DNA of 64,000 nucleotides from Vezdaea acicularis (taxonomy: Eukaryota). The stretch spans positions 124,001 through 188,000 of the forward strand of contig JAPEUI010000008.1 in NCBI GenBank assembly GCA_026025075.1, in the 5' to 3' direction. The notes under the pieces were generated by a model. That model had not been told where the DNA came from. It worked only from the letters and a program-made list of their open reading frames with translations, and searched no databases. Made by a program: the position numbers and the translations under genes. Below, one piece after another: positions 49,710 through 61,987 of this stretch. Numbering within the stretch: position 1 is the first letter of the stretch; every line of letters starts with the position of its first letter.

Positions 49710-51257
49710 TGTCTATGAGCTTCATTTACGTTGTTAAATAGATCCTTGGCGCCTTCTTCCCGGATGTTTTGTTATTGAGCCACATGTCATTCGTCTTGGG
49801 GAAGAGCACGTATTCTTGGGGCTAGCATGAGAATGGTTTCGCATGGTGTTTTGGAGGACGTTTTTTTCACGATATCCTATGTCGGTCTGTCATGAGTAAT
49901 GTACTGCATTGTCACGAACGAACTACAATCATTGATCAAGCGCAAGACACCTACAAGTGAGCACTTGAGATCTCGCAAGGGTAAGCGAAACTCGCCCCCA
50001 CGGACGATTTTCTCAAGCGTATGCTAGAATCCAACAGAGTTTGTGAAGCGTTTCGAGACAACCATCCACCAGCGAGCTGAGGCGGAAGAAGCCGTCGAAG
50101 GATTCTACAGCCAGGATCAACAAAGTTGAAATACTCCGGACACGAATCGCTCAGTGGACCAAACAAGAAGGTGCGTATCATCAAGCGACCGGCATAGGCG
50201 AATCTGCATGGACGCCGGGAGGTAAATTAGTCATCTATTTCATCGCACTCTCTCTGTTCATCATCTGCTAGGGGGTACGCTTCAAGGCGACACGACCCCC
50301 GAATAACCTCCCTCTACACTATCCAAGTTGAGTACGCTGCAACGATGATTAGAGATCTTATTCTGATGGAAATTAATTCACTTTCGAACCAGATGTCGCA
50401 ATAGTCGTGTGATCACGTCTGGTAAAAGAAGCTGTCGAGGTTGACTAGCCCGTCGGGAGGGTGCCTGCATTAACTTCTCACTTATGCATATCTTAGCAGC
50501 CGCACCAAACAGTTTCTCCACCACAAGGCTGTCTCGCTACACTCCATAGAGGCGAAGCACATCACCGGCAGAGCCGATCATCTACGAAAAAGTCTAGTTC
50601 TATGACGCGGAAAAGCCTGCCCCTAATGACGATAGGTCGAGGGCGAATTGGAGGGTTCCCTTCTTCCAAGGTTGTCACGGACCTTTTCGCGTCAGGCCCT
50701 GCCTCTAAAGAAAGAACTTCCATCGCAGCTGTTACTCCTGAGCTGAACCATTCCCCCAAGAGTTTTTCGGGGCTTTGGTCCCTTGCCACCCGTACTTCCC
50801 CTCAATCTGTCAATCATGGAGCTTTTCATGAGCCAGGTGCATGTCTATCAACGCCCGCCCTGTAGCTACGAAGAGGGTGGGCTGATATGCACGATACCAG
50901 CATCTGTATCCTTCACGCTTCACGCGATCAATCAGTCTTTGATTCTGGTACTTGGCACCGCTTTGCCCTCGCCTATTGAGGGCTTGTACCTGCAAGGCGT
51001 CTTCTGCATACATGCCTTAGACTCGACGCGGGACCTTACTGGTGCCCGGCCTTATGGCCTATAACGGCTAGTAAAGGTGTTGCCTGACGACAATCGTTCG
51101 TTGCTGCATGTAAAGCCATCTTCACACACCAGAAGATTTCTTTCCTTCTGGAAGCTTAAGATGGAGCACTGCCCAGCTCTATTTTCTAGTACCATGATGC
51201 CCTGCTTTGCCTCAGCTTCGCAGCCTTTCTTGGTACTCTTGATTCTCTTTCACAGTC

Positions 51258-52849
51258 ATGAAGACCGGTCATCATAATGCCGGTCCGGAGAGTGGGCCTA
51301 CTATGGCGGAACTGGTATACCAATTTTCTCATGCAACGGACGACCGTAGGCGTTCGGGAATCATATGTAATGCTACTCTGGTTGCAGTAGCCACCATAGC
51401 GGTTGCCTTGAGGTTCGCTTCCAGGCGCTTAAAGGGTGCTCGAATACTATGGGACGACTACATGGTGGTCATTGCTTTGGTCAGAACGTTTTCTTAGGCT
51501 GGAACCGAACGCAAGCACTGACTCTTCTAGGTCTTTTGCTATGGTCTCGCAATCGAAGCAATGTTGGGTGAGTGGCTGGGAGTCTACCATATCCCGAACT
51601 CGTGCTGATATTCCCCGAAGCTATCCACTATGGGCTGGGACGACACACAGCCGTCGTCGGCTTGCAAAGCGCCATAGAATTCCTCTTAGTTGACTTTGTC
51701 TGCTCTATAACGTACTGCTTCTGCAACCTCGCAGTCAAGCTTTCAGTACTCATGCTCTATCACCGCATCTTCGTTGAAAACCGCCGATTCAAGACATGCC
51801 TTTATGTCGTGGCTGGGGCCTCAGTGGCGTTCACAATAGGAACAGTCTGCGCTACTATCTTCCAGTGCAGCCCAATTAAACTTTCGTGGGATAAGACTAT
51901 TACTCATGGGTCATGCGTTGACCCAATGTTTGCATTCTGCATTATCGCGTCCATTAGCATGGCCATGGATGTTCTCATCTTAGTGATGCCCATGCCCATC
52001 GTCTGGCGGCTGCGCATCCCGATCAGGCAGCGGTTTGCTGTGACCGGCATTTTCATGCTTGGTAGTTTGTAAGCTTCACCTTTTATGGTCTGTCTCGAAA
52101 ACTACGCTAATATTTGTGGCTATAGCGTCTGCTACGCGAGTGCAATCCGTATCTACTATATCGCCCATGTAGCAGATGGACATGATCCAAGCTGGAACGC
52201 GTGGTGGCCGGGAGTATGGTCTGTAGTCGAGGTCGATGTGGGCGTTATATGCGCCTGCTTGCCCATCATGCGACCCTTATTCTGCCGTATCAGACTACCG
52301 AGCGCTCTGACCCGGCCTGTCGGTAATTCTATGCGATACCTTTTGAGTCCATCTCGATCCAGCCATATCAAAGGGAAAGAATCGAGATCGAGCAGCTTCG
52401 GAGATGCAGGAGAAGATAAACCTCTTCCTGATCCCCTAGCCTCCACTATGTCCTGGCCTGGCCGCAGAATCGAAGCTATTCTAGACGAACCACTATCCTC
52501 GCAAGAGGGAAACGATAGCATACCATCTTCAAACGCTACGACACCAACACCTCCTCCTTCACGACCAGAGTCAGCCCTCCTCGTGTCTCGTCCCTCGCCA
52601 CTCGATGTTCCCAGCAGGAGAACATTTGGATCCAATATCTCGGAAGAGCTTAGAACTAAATGGCGATCTTCTCATCCCTACCGGGTTTCATTATCGACAG
52701 TGTGTGAGGCGGATATGGGAGCGGAGACGCGAGGCAAAGAGACTACTGAAAGGACGGAAAATCCGCCGTCCGTGCCGAAGAAGGATGGAGGGGAATCTGT
52801 GGCGGAGCGGTGGAAAAGGAGAGATGATGTGGAGTGGGGTTTCTTTTGA
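51258..52849 (+). CDS. PTH11-like integral membrane protein (fungal rhodopsin-domain GPCR-like), no CFEM
   Basis: VALRFASRR..WDDY, GLGRH, VKLSVLMLYHRIF, FQCSPI..WD, DVLILVMPMP, WSVVEVDVGVICACLP. Introns 51480-51530, 51568-51620, 52069-52125. Confidence 0.9.
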
Positions 52850-53960
52850 AAGAGGGGGTTTTGTTGTAACATAGTCATTCTTAATATAGTCGATATGCCT
52901 TCACGCTAAAAACTCCTTCGTCATACCCTAATGTAAAGTGGTTGAAATTAAGCCAAACCTTCTCTTTTGCCTTAGCTCCCCTTGAAGTTATACCCTTAGC
53001 TCGCACTACCCTCCTGGGGACCAGCCCCACTCAAAACTCTATCCCTCAAGTTCCTCATAACTTCAGAGACAGCTACCAGCACCCACTCACAAGCACTTGC
53101 CTCTCTCCCACCCTCTTCATGAGGTTGCTCATACCTCAGTGCGTTGGGCAACAGGAGTTCAATCCAAAAATTTCTTCACATAGCTTCTACATGGTTCCAT
53201 CAATGGAGGGTGATTCTGCATTTGTTACATACTGGGCTTGTTGACGCTCTCGTACCTCTATTTGCGCGCAGTTGCGGTGAGCAGCTAGATAAATTGCAAG
53301 ACTGGTTGGAGAAAATTATGATATGATTTGTTGACTTTCTCGTCAGGCAGGTTTCAGGGTTCGCTTTGCTGTGATGATTCGCGGGAGGTCTATTTGAGAA
53401 AATGGAAGGAAATAAATAATTTTATCTGTCTGAATCGAAGCCCACAACACTTGAACACCCACCTCTGTACCGTTTGTATTAAACTCTCCATTGATATTCA
53501 GTCAGTGGAAGAGATCAAGAAATCAGGAAATCAGGAAAATTAATGAGCGCAACGAAAAAATGAAATCGAAGGAGAGAGCACGCAGCTGGCAGATTTCTCG
53601 CTGAAGTAGTAGAAGAATAGCCAATATCTTGGGAGTCCGGTGTCTTCAAAACATAAATTTCGCGAACTCCAAAATTCTTTCGAAAGTAAACAATGAATAG
53701 CCACTACGACCCTACTTGCCAAGCTCCAGTTCATTTCACGTAATCAGGCTATTTACAAGTAACATAGGTTGCTGGATCAAATGAGCACCTCAGAAGCTTG
53801 AAAAACGAAGGTCTCGGCGGTAGTTTCCACAAGAGCTCATCCTCGCGTTACGAAATTCCCGTTCAAGGAACCATTTCCTATGATGAGAAGATTCAAGCCA
53901 CGTCTCTTGCCAGAGGAGCTACACCCAGGCTAAGACAAGCCTTTGTTCCTCTTAGGAAGA

Positions 53961-56078
53961 ATGAGTAGCGATGACAGCTCATACAAGGGCCCTACTTCTG
54001 AAAGCCGGCAAGCATCAGAAGGTTATGCTGAAGCAGAGTCAACCAAGCTAAATCCGAGGAAACGTAAGGCTTCTAGTTTCTACAATGACAACTATCGTCT
54101 ACTACTCAACTCCATGATTGAAGATGCTGTTGACGGACGCATTTGGGACGAACAGTCAAAGTTCAGGCGCAGACTGCAGATAACTCAGATAGGACTGACC
54201 GAATGGAGCTGGGAAGAGAAAGAGGATCTCTTTAACGCTGTCGCTAGGCTTGGCCAACACAATACTCGGGGCATTGCAGAGGCTATTGGATCGAAGACAG
54301 AGGTTGAAGTTGTGGCATACAGAGATCTGCTACAAGAAGGCATACTGGAGCATCTGCGGAAGGTGGGTGAGATTGAGCTTCTGAAATATACAGAACTACC
54401 TGCGGCCGTAGAGGTTAGCGTGGAGTGTTGCACCGTACTTGATAAAGCCGGAGACTCACTTCAAATGAGACAAAATGACTTTGAAGAGAAGGATGAAAAG
54501 AAGATCTGGGGTTCTCTTTGGCAGCTGACTCAACAGGACGGATTATGGGTGAGAGAGCAGTTCGCTTCGGGTGAAGGAGGAGAAAAGGCTGTGGAGGAGA
54601 AGATTCCATCTGGAGTGTTGTTGAGGCTGGAGACATGGCTTGAACTTTCCGAACGTATTTTCATGAACCCTGCTCCACCACATGCAGAGGACAATTGGCG
54701 GTCCCTCGCTGAGGGGGAAGAGGAGCCCTCGATTCGACATACAGCTTTTCGCGACTTTCATAACTTGGCAGTCAGCATTACGAGGAGGTTGATTCAAACC
54801 TCAATATTCTATGCTACTTCCCGCCTTAGAGCAATGGACCAGAAAACCTTCAGTAACAAGCCTTGTATAAAAATAAGAGACGTAGAAACGGCGATTGAGG
54901 TACTAGGAATGCAGCGGAACTCAGCCAAGTTCTGGCGAACGGCAGCACGGAGAAATAATCTGAATGTACGCAGGATAGATGGCCGAAGGAAAGAATCTAG
55001 TAATGATGGTTACATGCCTTACAACGATGTAGAGAAAGAGCTTAGCAGTGGAAATTTGGATTTCACCGAGACAACCCCATCTCCCTCCACAGACGAAGAT
55101 ATGGAAGGGGCCCAGGTGCAGGAAAAGGCAGACGAGCGGGCCCAAATCGCAAAGCCCTCGGTTTTATCAATCTCCAGTACGAGCATTTCTACAAGAGAAT
55201 TAGACTCGGAGGACAGCCACGATCCTTCATGGGACACTTCTCGAGCGCCCACGACGCCCTCAACGTCCCCGGACGAAGGCATCCATCCGTCTGATCACGA
55301 CTTCGACCCCATCTACACAAACGCCGCTCACGTCCTACGACAGCGCGAAAAGAGACGGGAACTACACAACCTGCAAGACGCCTACGCCGAAGCCTTCGAC
55401 AAGAAACAGAGCTTGATAGAAGAGAAAGACTTGTGGATCATGCTGAACCTGAATCCACCCGAGAGTGTGAACCCGGAAGAAACTCTCCTACCAAAGAGGC
55501 CGCCCATCGATCGAGGGACCTTCAATGAACATCTGTATGAGCGTCCGCATTGGAGGTTTTGGCCTGAGTGGGAGACATTGAGGGCACCGGTAGAGGAACA
55601 GGCGTTCAAACGGTGGAAGATCACAAAAGAGCCAGAGGGCTCTTCAACTACGGCGTCGAGCGCCATAGGATTAGGGCCACGAGATACCGGAAACGAAGAG
55701 GTCTTTGCGGAGGAAGAGGCTAAGGGGGCAAGTGCCAGTGAGCTAGAAGAGGTGGAGGACTCTTCAACCGCGGCATCGAGCGCCACAGGCTCAGGGCCAC
55801 CAGATGGCGGCAGGGAAGAGGTCATCGCGGAGAAAGAGGCTGAGAGGGCAAGTGTCAGTGATCTAGACGAGGTGGAGGACTCCCTTGCTGGCTTGGAAGA
55901 AAACAGTGATGATTCTGGAGAGGGGATAGAGGAGACGTCGAGTGAAGGCATGGGAGAGACACTGGACGGAGAGAGTAGCGGCTCTGACGGTCTCAGTGAG
56001 CGTGAATTAGGCTCTAATAGCGGGCTTGAAAGTGAGGATCAAGGGCAAGTCGGTGGATATGCCTCCGAAGAGCTCTAG
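53961..56078 (+). CDS. RRN5: Rrn5-like RNA polymerase I UAF subunit (Myb/SANT domain)
   Basis: WSWEEKEDLFNAVARLG..IAEAIGSKTEVEV..Y..LL, ELPAAVEVS, ELSERIFMN, DFHNLAVSITRRLIQ; acidic tail. Confidence 0.75.
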   Translation: MSSDDSSYKGPTSESRQASEGYAEAESTKLNPRKRKASSFYNDNYRLLLNSMIEDAVDGRIWDEQSKFRRRLQITQIGLTEWSWEEKEDLFNAVARLGQHNTRGIAEAIGSKTEVEVVAYRDLLQEGILEHLRKVGEIELLKYTELPAAVEVSVECCTVLDKAGDSLQMRQNDFEEKDEKKIWGSLWQLTQQDGLWVREQFASGEGGEKAVEEKIPSGVLLRLETWLELSERIFMNPAPPHAEDNWRSLAEGEEEPSIRHTAFRDFHNLAVSITRRLIQTSIFYATSRLRAMDQKTFSNKPCIKIRDVETAIEVLGMQRNSAKFWRTAARRNNLNVRRIDGRRKESSNDGYMPYNDVEKELSSGNLDFTETTPSPSTDEDMEGAQVQEKADERAQIAKPSVLSISSTSISTRELDSEDSHDPSWDTSRAPTTPSTSPDEGIHPSDHDFDPIYTNAAHVLRQREKRRELHNLQDAYAEAFDKKQSLIEEKDLWIMLNLNPPESVNPEETLLPKRPPIDRGTFNEHLYERPHWRFWPEWETLRAPVEEQAFKRWKITKEPEGSSTTASSAIGLGPRDTGNEEVFAEEEAKGASASELEEVEDSSTAASSATGSGPPDGGREEVIAEKEAERASVSDLDEVEDSLAGLEENSDDSGEGIEETSSEGMGETLDGESSGSDGLSERELGSNSGLESEDQGQVGGYASEEL
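55641..55880 (+). repeat. Intragenic 120-nt (40-aa) tandem duplication
   Basis: Copies start at 55641 and 55761 (tcttcaac...gaggtggaggac). Confidence 0.9.
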
Positions 56079-56292
56079 GATTCCTGATAGTTCCCACTTT
56101 GGGGAGCAATCGACCCCAACCTTTTGCCTTTTAAGTATAAGCAAGCACATATTCTGAAATTAAGATTTTGGATGCATGCGGGCTTTTATTTTTGCCATAA
56201 GCTGGTCTTCTACAGCCTTGAAATGTAACGCCTTAGTAGTGCATAAGCCACACCTGAGATATATATGCAGCAAACAATGCCAAAGCAATGGC

Positions 56293-57525
56293 CTACGCCT
56301 CCGAAAACGCCCTCCCAGCCGCCGCCGCCCTAATCGCAGGGTCCCGCCCCGCGGTGTAAGCGTTCCCGCGCTCGATCTCCAGCTCTTCATTCAGCGTCTT
56401 AATGATATCCGGCAACGTCTGATCCTTGGGCTCTTCCGGCATCTGGCCCTCGCCCTTCTCCGCCTTCTCCTTCGCCTCCGTCCACTCGCGCAACTCCTTA
56501 TCGAGGGCGTCCCTGCGATGCAGTTTGTCGAGCCAGGCGGCCAAGTTGGCCTCGCTCCCGAAACAGATGCCGTAGCCATCACAGTAGCAGGTGTGCTGCA
56601 CGGGGCAGAACTCGGGGAAGCCCGTGAAGATGTATTGCCAGATGTACTCCATGACGCGGCCGCTCATCTCGTCGTCGAGCGTCGTGCGCATCAGCCAGTC
56701 GCGGTACATGACGTACCGGCTCACGGGGTTACTACGGATGCGCTCGCGGCTAACGGCGAATTGTGCGCAGCAGGGTTGGGACAGTGCGGGTGGGACGGGG
56801 TCGAGTGGGTGCAGCTCCGTCCAGATCTTGGAGGTGAAGTATCGCTCTTCTTTGCGCTTGAAGTCGTCGTAATCGGCTTCCGGACGGTCGAGGTGGATCC
56901 AATCAGGACAGCCCGGGTCGCGGTGGCAGCGGGCGGGAAAGTAGCCTGTGCGCACGACACGCTCGCTGGAGAGGCGCCTGATGGTTAACTGGGAGTCGAG
57001 GTTTAAGAGGATGTTGTTGTGCCAAGCAGTCTGATGAGCGTGGAAGAAGAGGACAACATCGGGGAGGGAGTCGTAGTTGTCTATTATATAGGAGAGGTAG
57101 ACGGTGGCTTCTCGGCCTTTGTTTTTGGGGGGATGAAGGGGCGCAGTTGGGTCGTCGACTACATAGATCGCTTTGTTGAGATTGGGGATTGCGTCCACCC
57201 AAGAGACATCTTGTTCCTTGAGTCGGCCTATGACGAGCGTCCGGGAATAATTCGAACCCGGTGGTTTGAGCTCGCCATCGAGGAAGACGGTATGAGAGTA
57301 TGGGACAGGCGTAGGAGTGATTTGTGGAGGAGAAGAGAATGTAACGAGGTGTTCCGGATTTTGATAGAGAATAGAGTATGCCCTCCGCTCATAGGTAGCA
57401 GCAAAGCCTAATCGATAACAGAAAACAAAAATGCCCGGAATAGCAAGGATGGCAAGCACAAAAATGTAGTGTCGTGGCATAGGCATCACGACATGTAGTT
57501 CAAAAGAAAAAGCTTCAGCATCCAT
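56293..57525 (-). CDS. DUF3431-family protein (type II membrane)
   Basis: N-terminal TM; PKNKGREATVYLSYIIDNYDSLPDVVLFFHAH..WHN, CCAQFAVSRERI, GRVMEYIWQYIF. Confidence 0.85.
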   Translation of the reverse strand: MDAEAFSFELHVVMPMPRHYIFVLAILAIPGIFVFCYRLGFAATYERRAYSILYQNPEHLVTFSSPPQITPTPVPYSHTVFLDGELKPPGSNYSRTLVIGRLKEQDVSWVDAIPNLNKAIYVVDDPTAPLHPPKNKGREATVYLSYIIDNYDSLPDVVLFFHAHQTAWHNNILLNLDSQLTIRRLSSERVVRTGYFPARCHRDPGCPDWIHLDRPEADYDDFKRKEERYFTSKIWTELHPLDPVPPALSQPCCAQFAVSRERIRSNPVSRYVMYRDWLMRTTLDDEMSGRVMEYIWQYIFTGFPEFCPVQHTCYCDGYGICFGSEANLAAWLDKLHRRDALDKELREWTEAKEKAEKGEGQMPEEPKDQTLPDIIKTLNEELEIERGNAYTAGRDPAIRAAAAGRAFSEA

Positions 57526-58559
57526 AGAGACGCCTCCGCCCCCGTACGTACAGCGGAAAGCTACTGTAGCCGAACATTTCCGCGCATCACGCTTATCCGG
57601 GAAAACGAGGGAGAAGAGGCAGGTCCGTTAGAAAGTAAGAAAAGGGAAATGCTGGGTTCATGGATCATGAAACGTGCAGCGGAGTGGTGAAGGTGACACT
57701 TCCGTCGCGGAGGGGAGATGCCCTGGGGCCTTGACATTCCATCCTGTCTTGGGTTCACGGACAGTCTAGTGCACCGATCGTGTTTCGATAGCTTTTCGCG
57801 TAGCTGCAGATTATCCCGATCCATGGCTAAAGCGTGGTAAGACGGAGTAGGATTGGAGACGCAAGACATTGACTGGTCTCGCTTTTCGGAACGCCGACCA
57901 GCGTAGGATTTTCCAGATCCTAGCAGACGGTCAGACCCGTGTCGACACGCGTCGCGATAGGGGAAAATGACGTTAGCAGTCCATGTACGAGTTGCTAATC
58001 GCATGGGAAGAGCCGCTGTGGCATAATACTTTATGAGGTTTGTCCAGCCGCGAGAGGCGATACGTAGAGTAGACGGCTGTAGTCGTTGCGTGGAGGTGAA
58101 TCCACGAAGAGTTTCTCGTTTTCGAAGCCATCCGTACCACACTGCCGGGCTCAATCCTGCCGATGAATGATGCTCTCACAGTCCCTAGTCAGGACCTGTT
58201 TGTCGTGACAAACAAAAAATCAATGTGATCTCAAATGCCGACATTGGTCGGAATTTAAAAACGAGGAGCCAAGTATAAATGCTTCGACCTGAATAAGGGG
58301 CCCGGATAGATCCCCGCAGCCCGCAGGCACTTGCCCTCAATCAGGAATCGATCGGCACGTGACGTGAGGCTAAGCTCAAACAGGAGCTGTAGACGACTCG
58401 GGGGGGCTCTCCAAGACCAATCGCCAATCTTAAGCCTGCCAATCTCGCAGCGATCACACCCTCGTGTGCCCTTCCCATTGAATTACGAAATCTCACCGTA
58501 TATCACACGCAGCCAGCCAGTAACAGGCGAACGCTGAGATTGCCTTACAGAGCGAACTG

Positions 58560-60203
58560 ATGGCCGCTCCTGACGAAGCGTCTATCGCTGATTCTGGGTT
58601 AGGAGAGGAAGGCTCTATATACTCTCGCGAAGCCCCGGCCTCGATTTATGATAAGCCTACGATAGAGGCTCCATTGAACCTCCACGAAGCCCCTAGCACG
58701 GTCACGGACCAATCGAAGGCAGACGGATGGTTAGAGGGTCACGAAGTCTTGAGCACGGTCGCAGCGCCATCGAAAGATACGGCGTTAGAAGAGGCCCCCC
58801 AAGAGTTCTACGACGCTCTTACTACCGTTCCCGACCATTCCACGCCAGACCTTGCTACTGACTCTCATCAACTCCCGACCGCTGCCGCACTAGAACCTAA
58901 AGACTCTGTGATCGCAGTAAAATCCGAGGTGCAAGCTCCAGCAGATGTTCGAGATGCACCAAAACCTGTTGAAGAAAACCCTGAGACGACAGAAATCGAA
59001 AAAGTTGATGTCGAGTTTCACGACGCCCCCACCGAGAACACCGAGACAGCAGCTCCCTTGGAGTCCCAAGACCGCAATGTCCGAAAAAAGTCAGCAACCC
59101 CTGCGCCCCCTCCCGCCCCACCCGGTCACGGCTTTGAGTTTGAAGGAATCGAGGTGGACGAAGCAGAACATACTGACGGCGCGGACTCCACATTCGAGGA
59201 TGGTTCGAGCTATACAACTTCCTTAACGGAAAGCGTAACGAACTACCAATTCGAGAATGGCCGACGATACCACGGGTACAAAGGCGGGCGCTACATGATT
59301 CCGAATGACGAGAAGGAGATGGACCGCGAGGACATGAAGCACCACATCACCATGCGAATCACAAATGAGCGCCTCCACCTTGCCCCAATTCCCCAAACAC
59401 CAACAAATGTCCTAGACATAGGGACAGGCACTGGCATATGGGCCATGCAAATGGCGGACAAATATCCCTCAGCCGAAATAATCGCCACGGACCTAAGCCC
59501 TATCCAACCAACCTGGGTCTTCCCCAACCTGCGCTTCGAGATCGACGACGCAGAGGCAGACTGGCTCTACAAGCCAAGCACCTTCGACCTGGTTCACGCC
59601 CGCTACATGTTCCACGGCATCCGCAACTGGCCGCGCCTGCTCAAACAAGCCCTCATAGTGCTAAAGCCCGGCGGCTGGACGGAGCTGGTCGAGTTCCACG
59701 TCATCCCCTCTTCCTACGACGCCTCCCTCCCCCAGCCCTCGCAGATCATGGAACTATACAACGTCCTCGCCGTCGCAGCCGGGAGAGTAGGCATCGACCT
59801 TGCTGTATCGACAAAATTCAAAGGCCTGATGGAGCAAGCGGGCTATGCGAACGTGCGGGAAGAAGTGTTCGATCTGCCCTTAGGCGGCTGGCCGAAAGAT
59901 CCGCGGCTCAAGGAGATCGGCGTCTTTCAGCGCGTGCAGATGGTCGAGGGATTGCAGGGGATTGCGATGGGCTTGCTCACGAGGGTCATGGGATGGAGTA
60001 CGCAGAAGGTGGAGGTCTTCCTTGCTGGCGTTAGGGCCGAGATGAAGAATAAAAGGGTGCACAGTCTTTATAAAGTGTGAGTTTTGATTGCTCTGGTGCG
60101 AATGGACTGGTAAAGGAGACCTTGAGACGTTAGATGCTAACATGCGTGGGTGGATAGGTATTTTGTGTACGGTCAAAAGCCGGTGTACCAGGCACCGGCG
60201 TAA
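58560..60203 (+). CDS. SAM-dependent methyltransferase (LaeA-like family) with long acidic N-terminal extension
   Basis: YQFENGRRYH, PNDEKEMDRED, VLDIGTGTGIWA, DLSPIQP, FEIDD, LKPGGW.E; intron 60077-60157, ending VYGQKP. Confidence 0.92.
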
Positions 60204-60627
60204 TTGACAGTTATTTGTTTGGATACGACGTACTTGGGATTTAGGTAAGGTTGGTATTGGCGCGAACGGCTTATGAAGTTCAACCGGGTGGTCTTGGAGA
60301 CATGAACTGTATTTTTAGGTACGGCCTGTCACGACAGGATTTGGGTCATGTAAGCTAGGTACCACGATTTCTTCGAATGTTATAGTAGTACATTTATCTA
60401 TCTCACACAGCCGCGAAGTCTGGACTGCAGAAGCAAATAAGAGATAATCGAACGAATTACTAATAAAGGTTCCCGAACATGTCAATCAGAGTTCGCCTGA
60501 AAACGCCACCCATCTATATCAGGAAACCAGCCGAGAAACCGAAGTCTACCATAAGTGAAGGACGAACCATCACAACAATTCTAATAAGGGAAGAGGTTTT
60601 GCGGTGACGGGGACTGGAAGAGACGTC

Positions 60628-61987
60628 TCATGTCGACGATCCATAATAGGTCGCGCCCCAGCTACCCAGGAGACCGTCATACCAGCCGATAAGTGCACCT
60701 CTGAGGCCAGAGCTCGCCAACATGCCAGTGAAGAGCTCCGGCCTATCAACATTAACGACCATCCAAACTTTCTCGGTGATACCGGGTGGGAGATTCGAAG
60801 CATACGAGACACTGTAGAAGAGGAGAGCGCCCAGTACGGCAAAGCCCGCGATCATGGTGCACCAAGGTCGTCGTAACTTAAGGCCATTCGGTTTGTCGTT
60901 GGTGTTGACCATGATGATGAAGGCAAGATCGAAGACTTCCAAAACGAGGGATACGATCAATGCGCCCACTGTTGCCTTGAGCCATTGCTGTTGGTGAATG
61001 CCGGGTAGCTCGATGCAGCCGATGCCTTTGGTGGTGCTCTGGTTGATGGTGTAAAGCTTGCAATCCCCCGTTCGTAACACGGTGCCGAAAGGAGCGAACA
61101 TAGGGCTACACCAGGAGATGAGCGGATGTGATGTTTCTGCAACGCCTCTTATTGCCTCAAGCAGCGCAACGATTTGCATGCCGACGACAGTGCAGAAGAG
61201 AAGGAATGCGAGCACGGCGATCCAGAATAAACTGTCCTTGACTAGGTTTTTTTCGAAGAGCTGCAAGACTTCTTCTCTCATCTTTTCTTCTTTTGCTTTT
61301 TCGTTCCATCGAACGGTGTCCCTTTCTCGACGTTCAGATTCATCTGCATCTCGTGGGACGGGCGTCCAAGGGGCATGGGCCATCTCCCATTCTCCGCTGC
61401 TAATATCACCACTTTCCGCAAGTCGTCTCATGCGTCTGCTTACCGCGAGCTTGATCGCTACAGGAGAAGATCAGCATGTAGCACTCAATGGGAAAAGGGG
61501 AGCTATGCATACCTTCCCCTTCTTTCTTGGCTTTCTCTCGCTTTTTCTGTTCCGCTATGGTTGGGTTCTTGTGAGAGTCGGAGCGGAAGGGAAGCTTCAA
61601 CCGAGCCATCAACTCTCCTTCCTCCGCGACAAGAACCCAGACTTGTACCATGCTCCCAGCATCGATGATCAATATTAGTGGCATCCACACAAAAATCTTC
61701 GATGGATCAAACTTGGTCGAACGATACGCCTGGAGATATACAGCAAGATGCAGGACGGTGATAGCCATGCAGATCATCCGGACCGTTTCCCATCTAACCA
61801 CTCGAATGATGACCAGAGGTATTTGGACGATTATCAGCAACACTGTGTAAACCCATGGCATCAAGGCTTGCCCGTCCGGCCTGAGATATGATGGACTATC
61901 GAAGGACATTGTGCCGTTGTGCTCGAGATCGGACCAAGCTATAATGGTCCCCGATATGTTGACGAGAGGGTTTCCGCAGGGATCCAT
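60628..61987 (-). CDS. Hypothetical multi-pass membrane protein
   Basis: Two hydrophobic ORFs joined in frame by intron 61458-61512. Confidence 0.8.

Noticed and set aside
49900..51200. Intergenic stretch scanned for a TE remnant, tRNA or snoRNA
   Set aside because: No terminal repeats, transposase motifs, tRNA boxes or paired C/D boxes recognised.
51258..61987. Possible secondary-metabolite cluster (PTH11-like, methyltransferase, DUF3431)
   Set aside because: No backbone enzyme (PKS, NRPS or terpene synthase); interspersed with a housekeeping gene.
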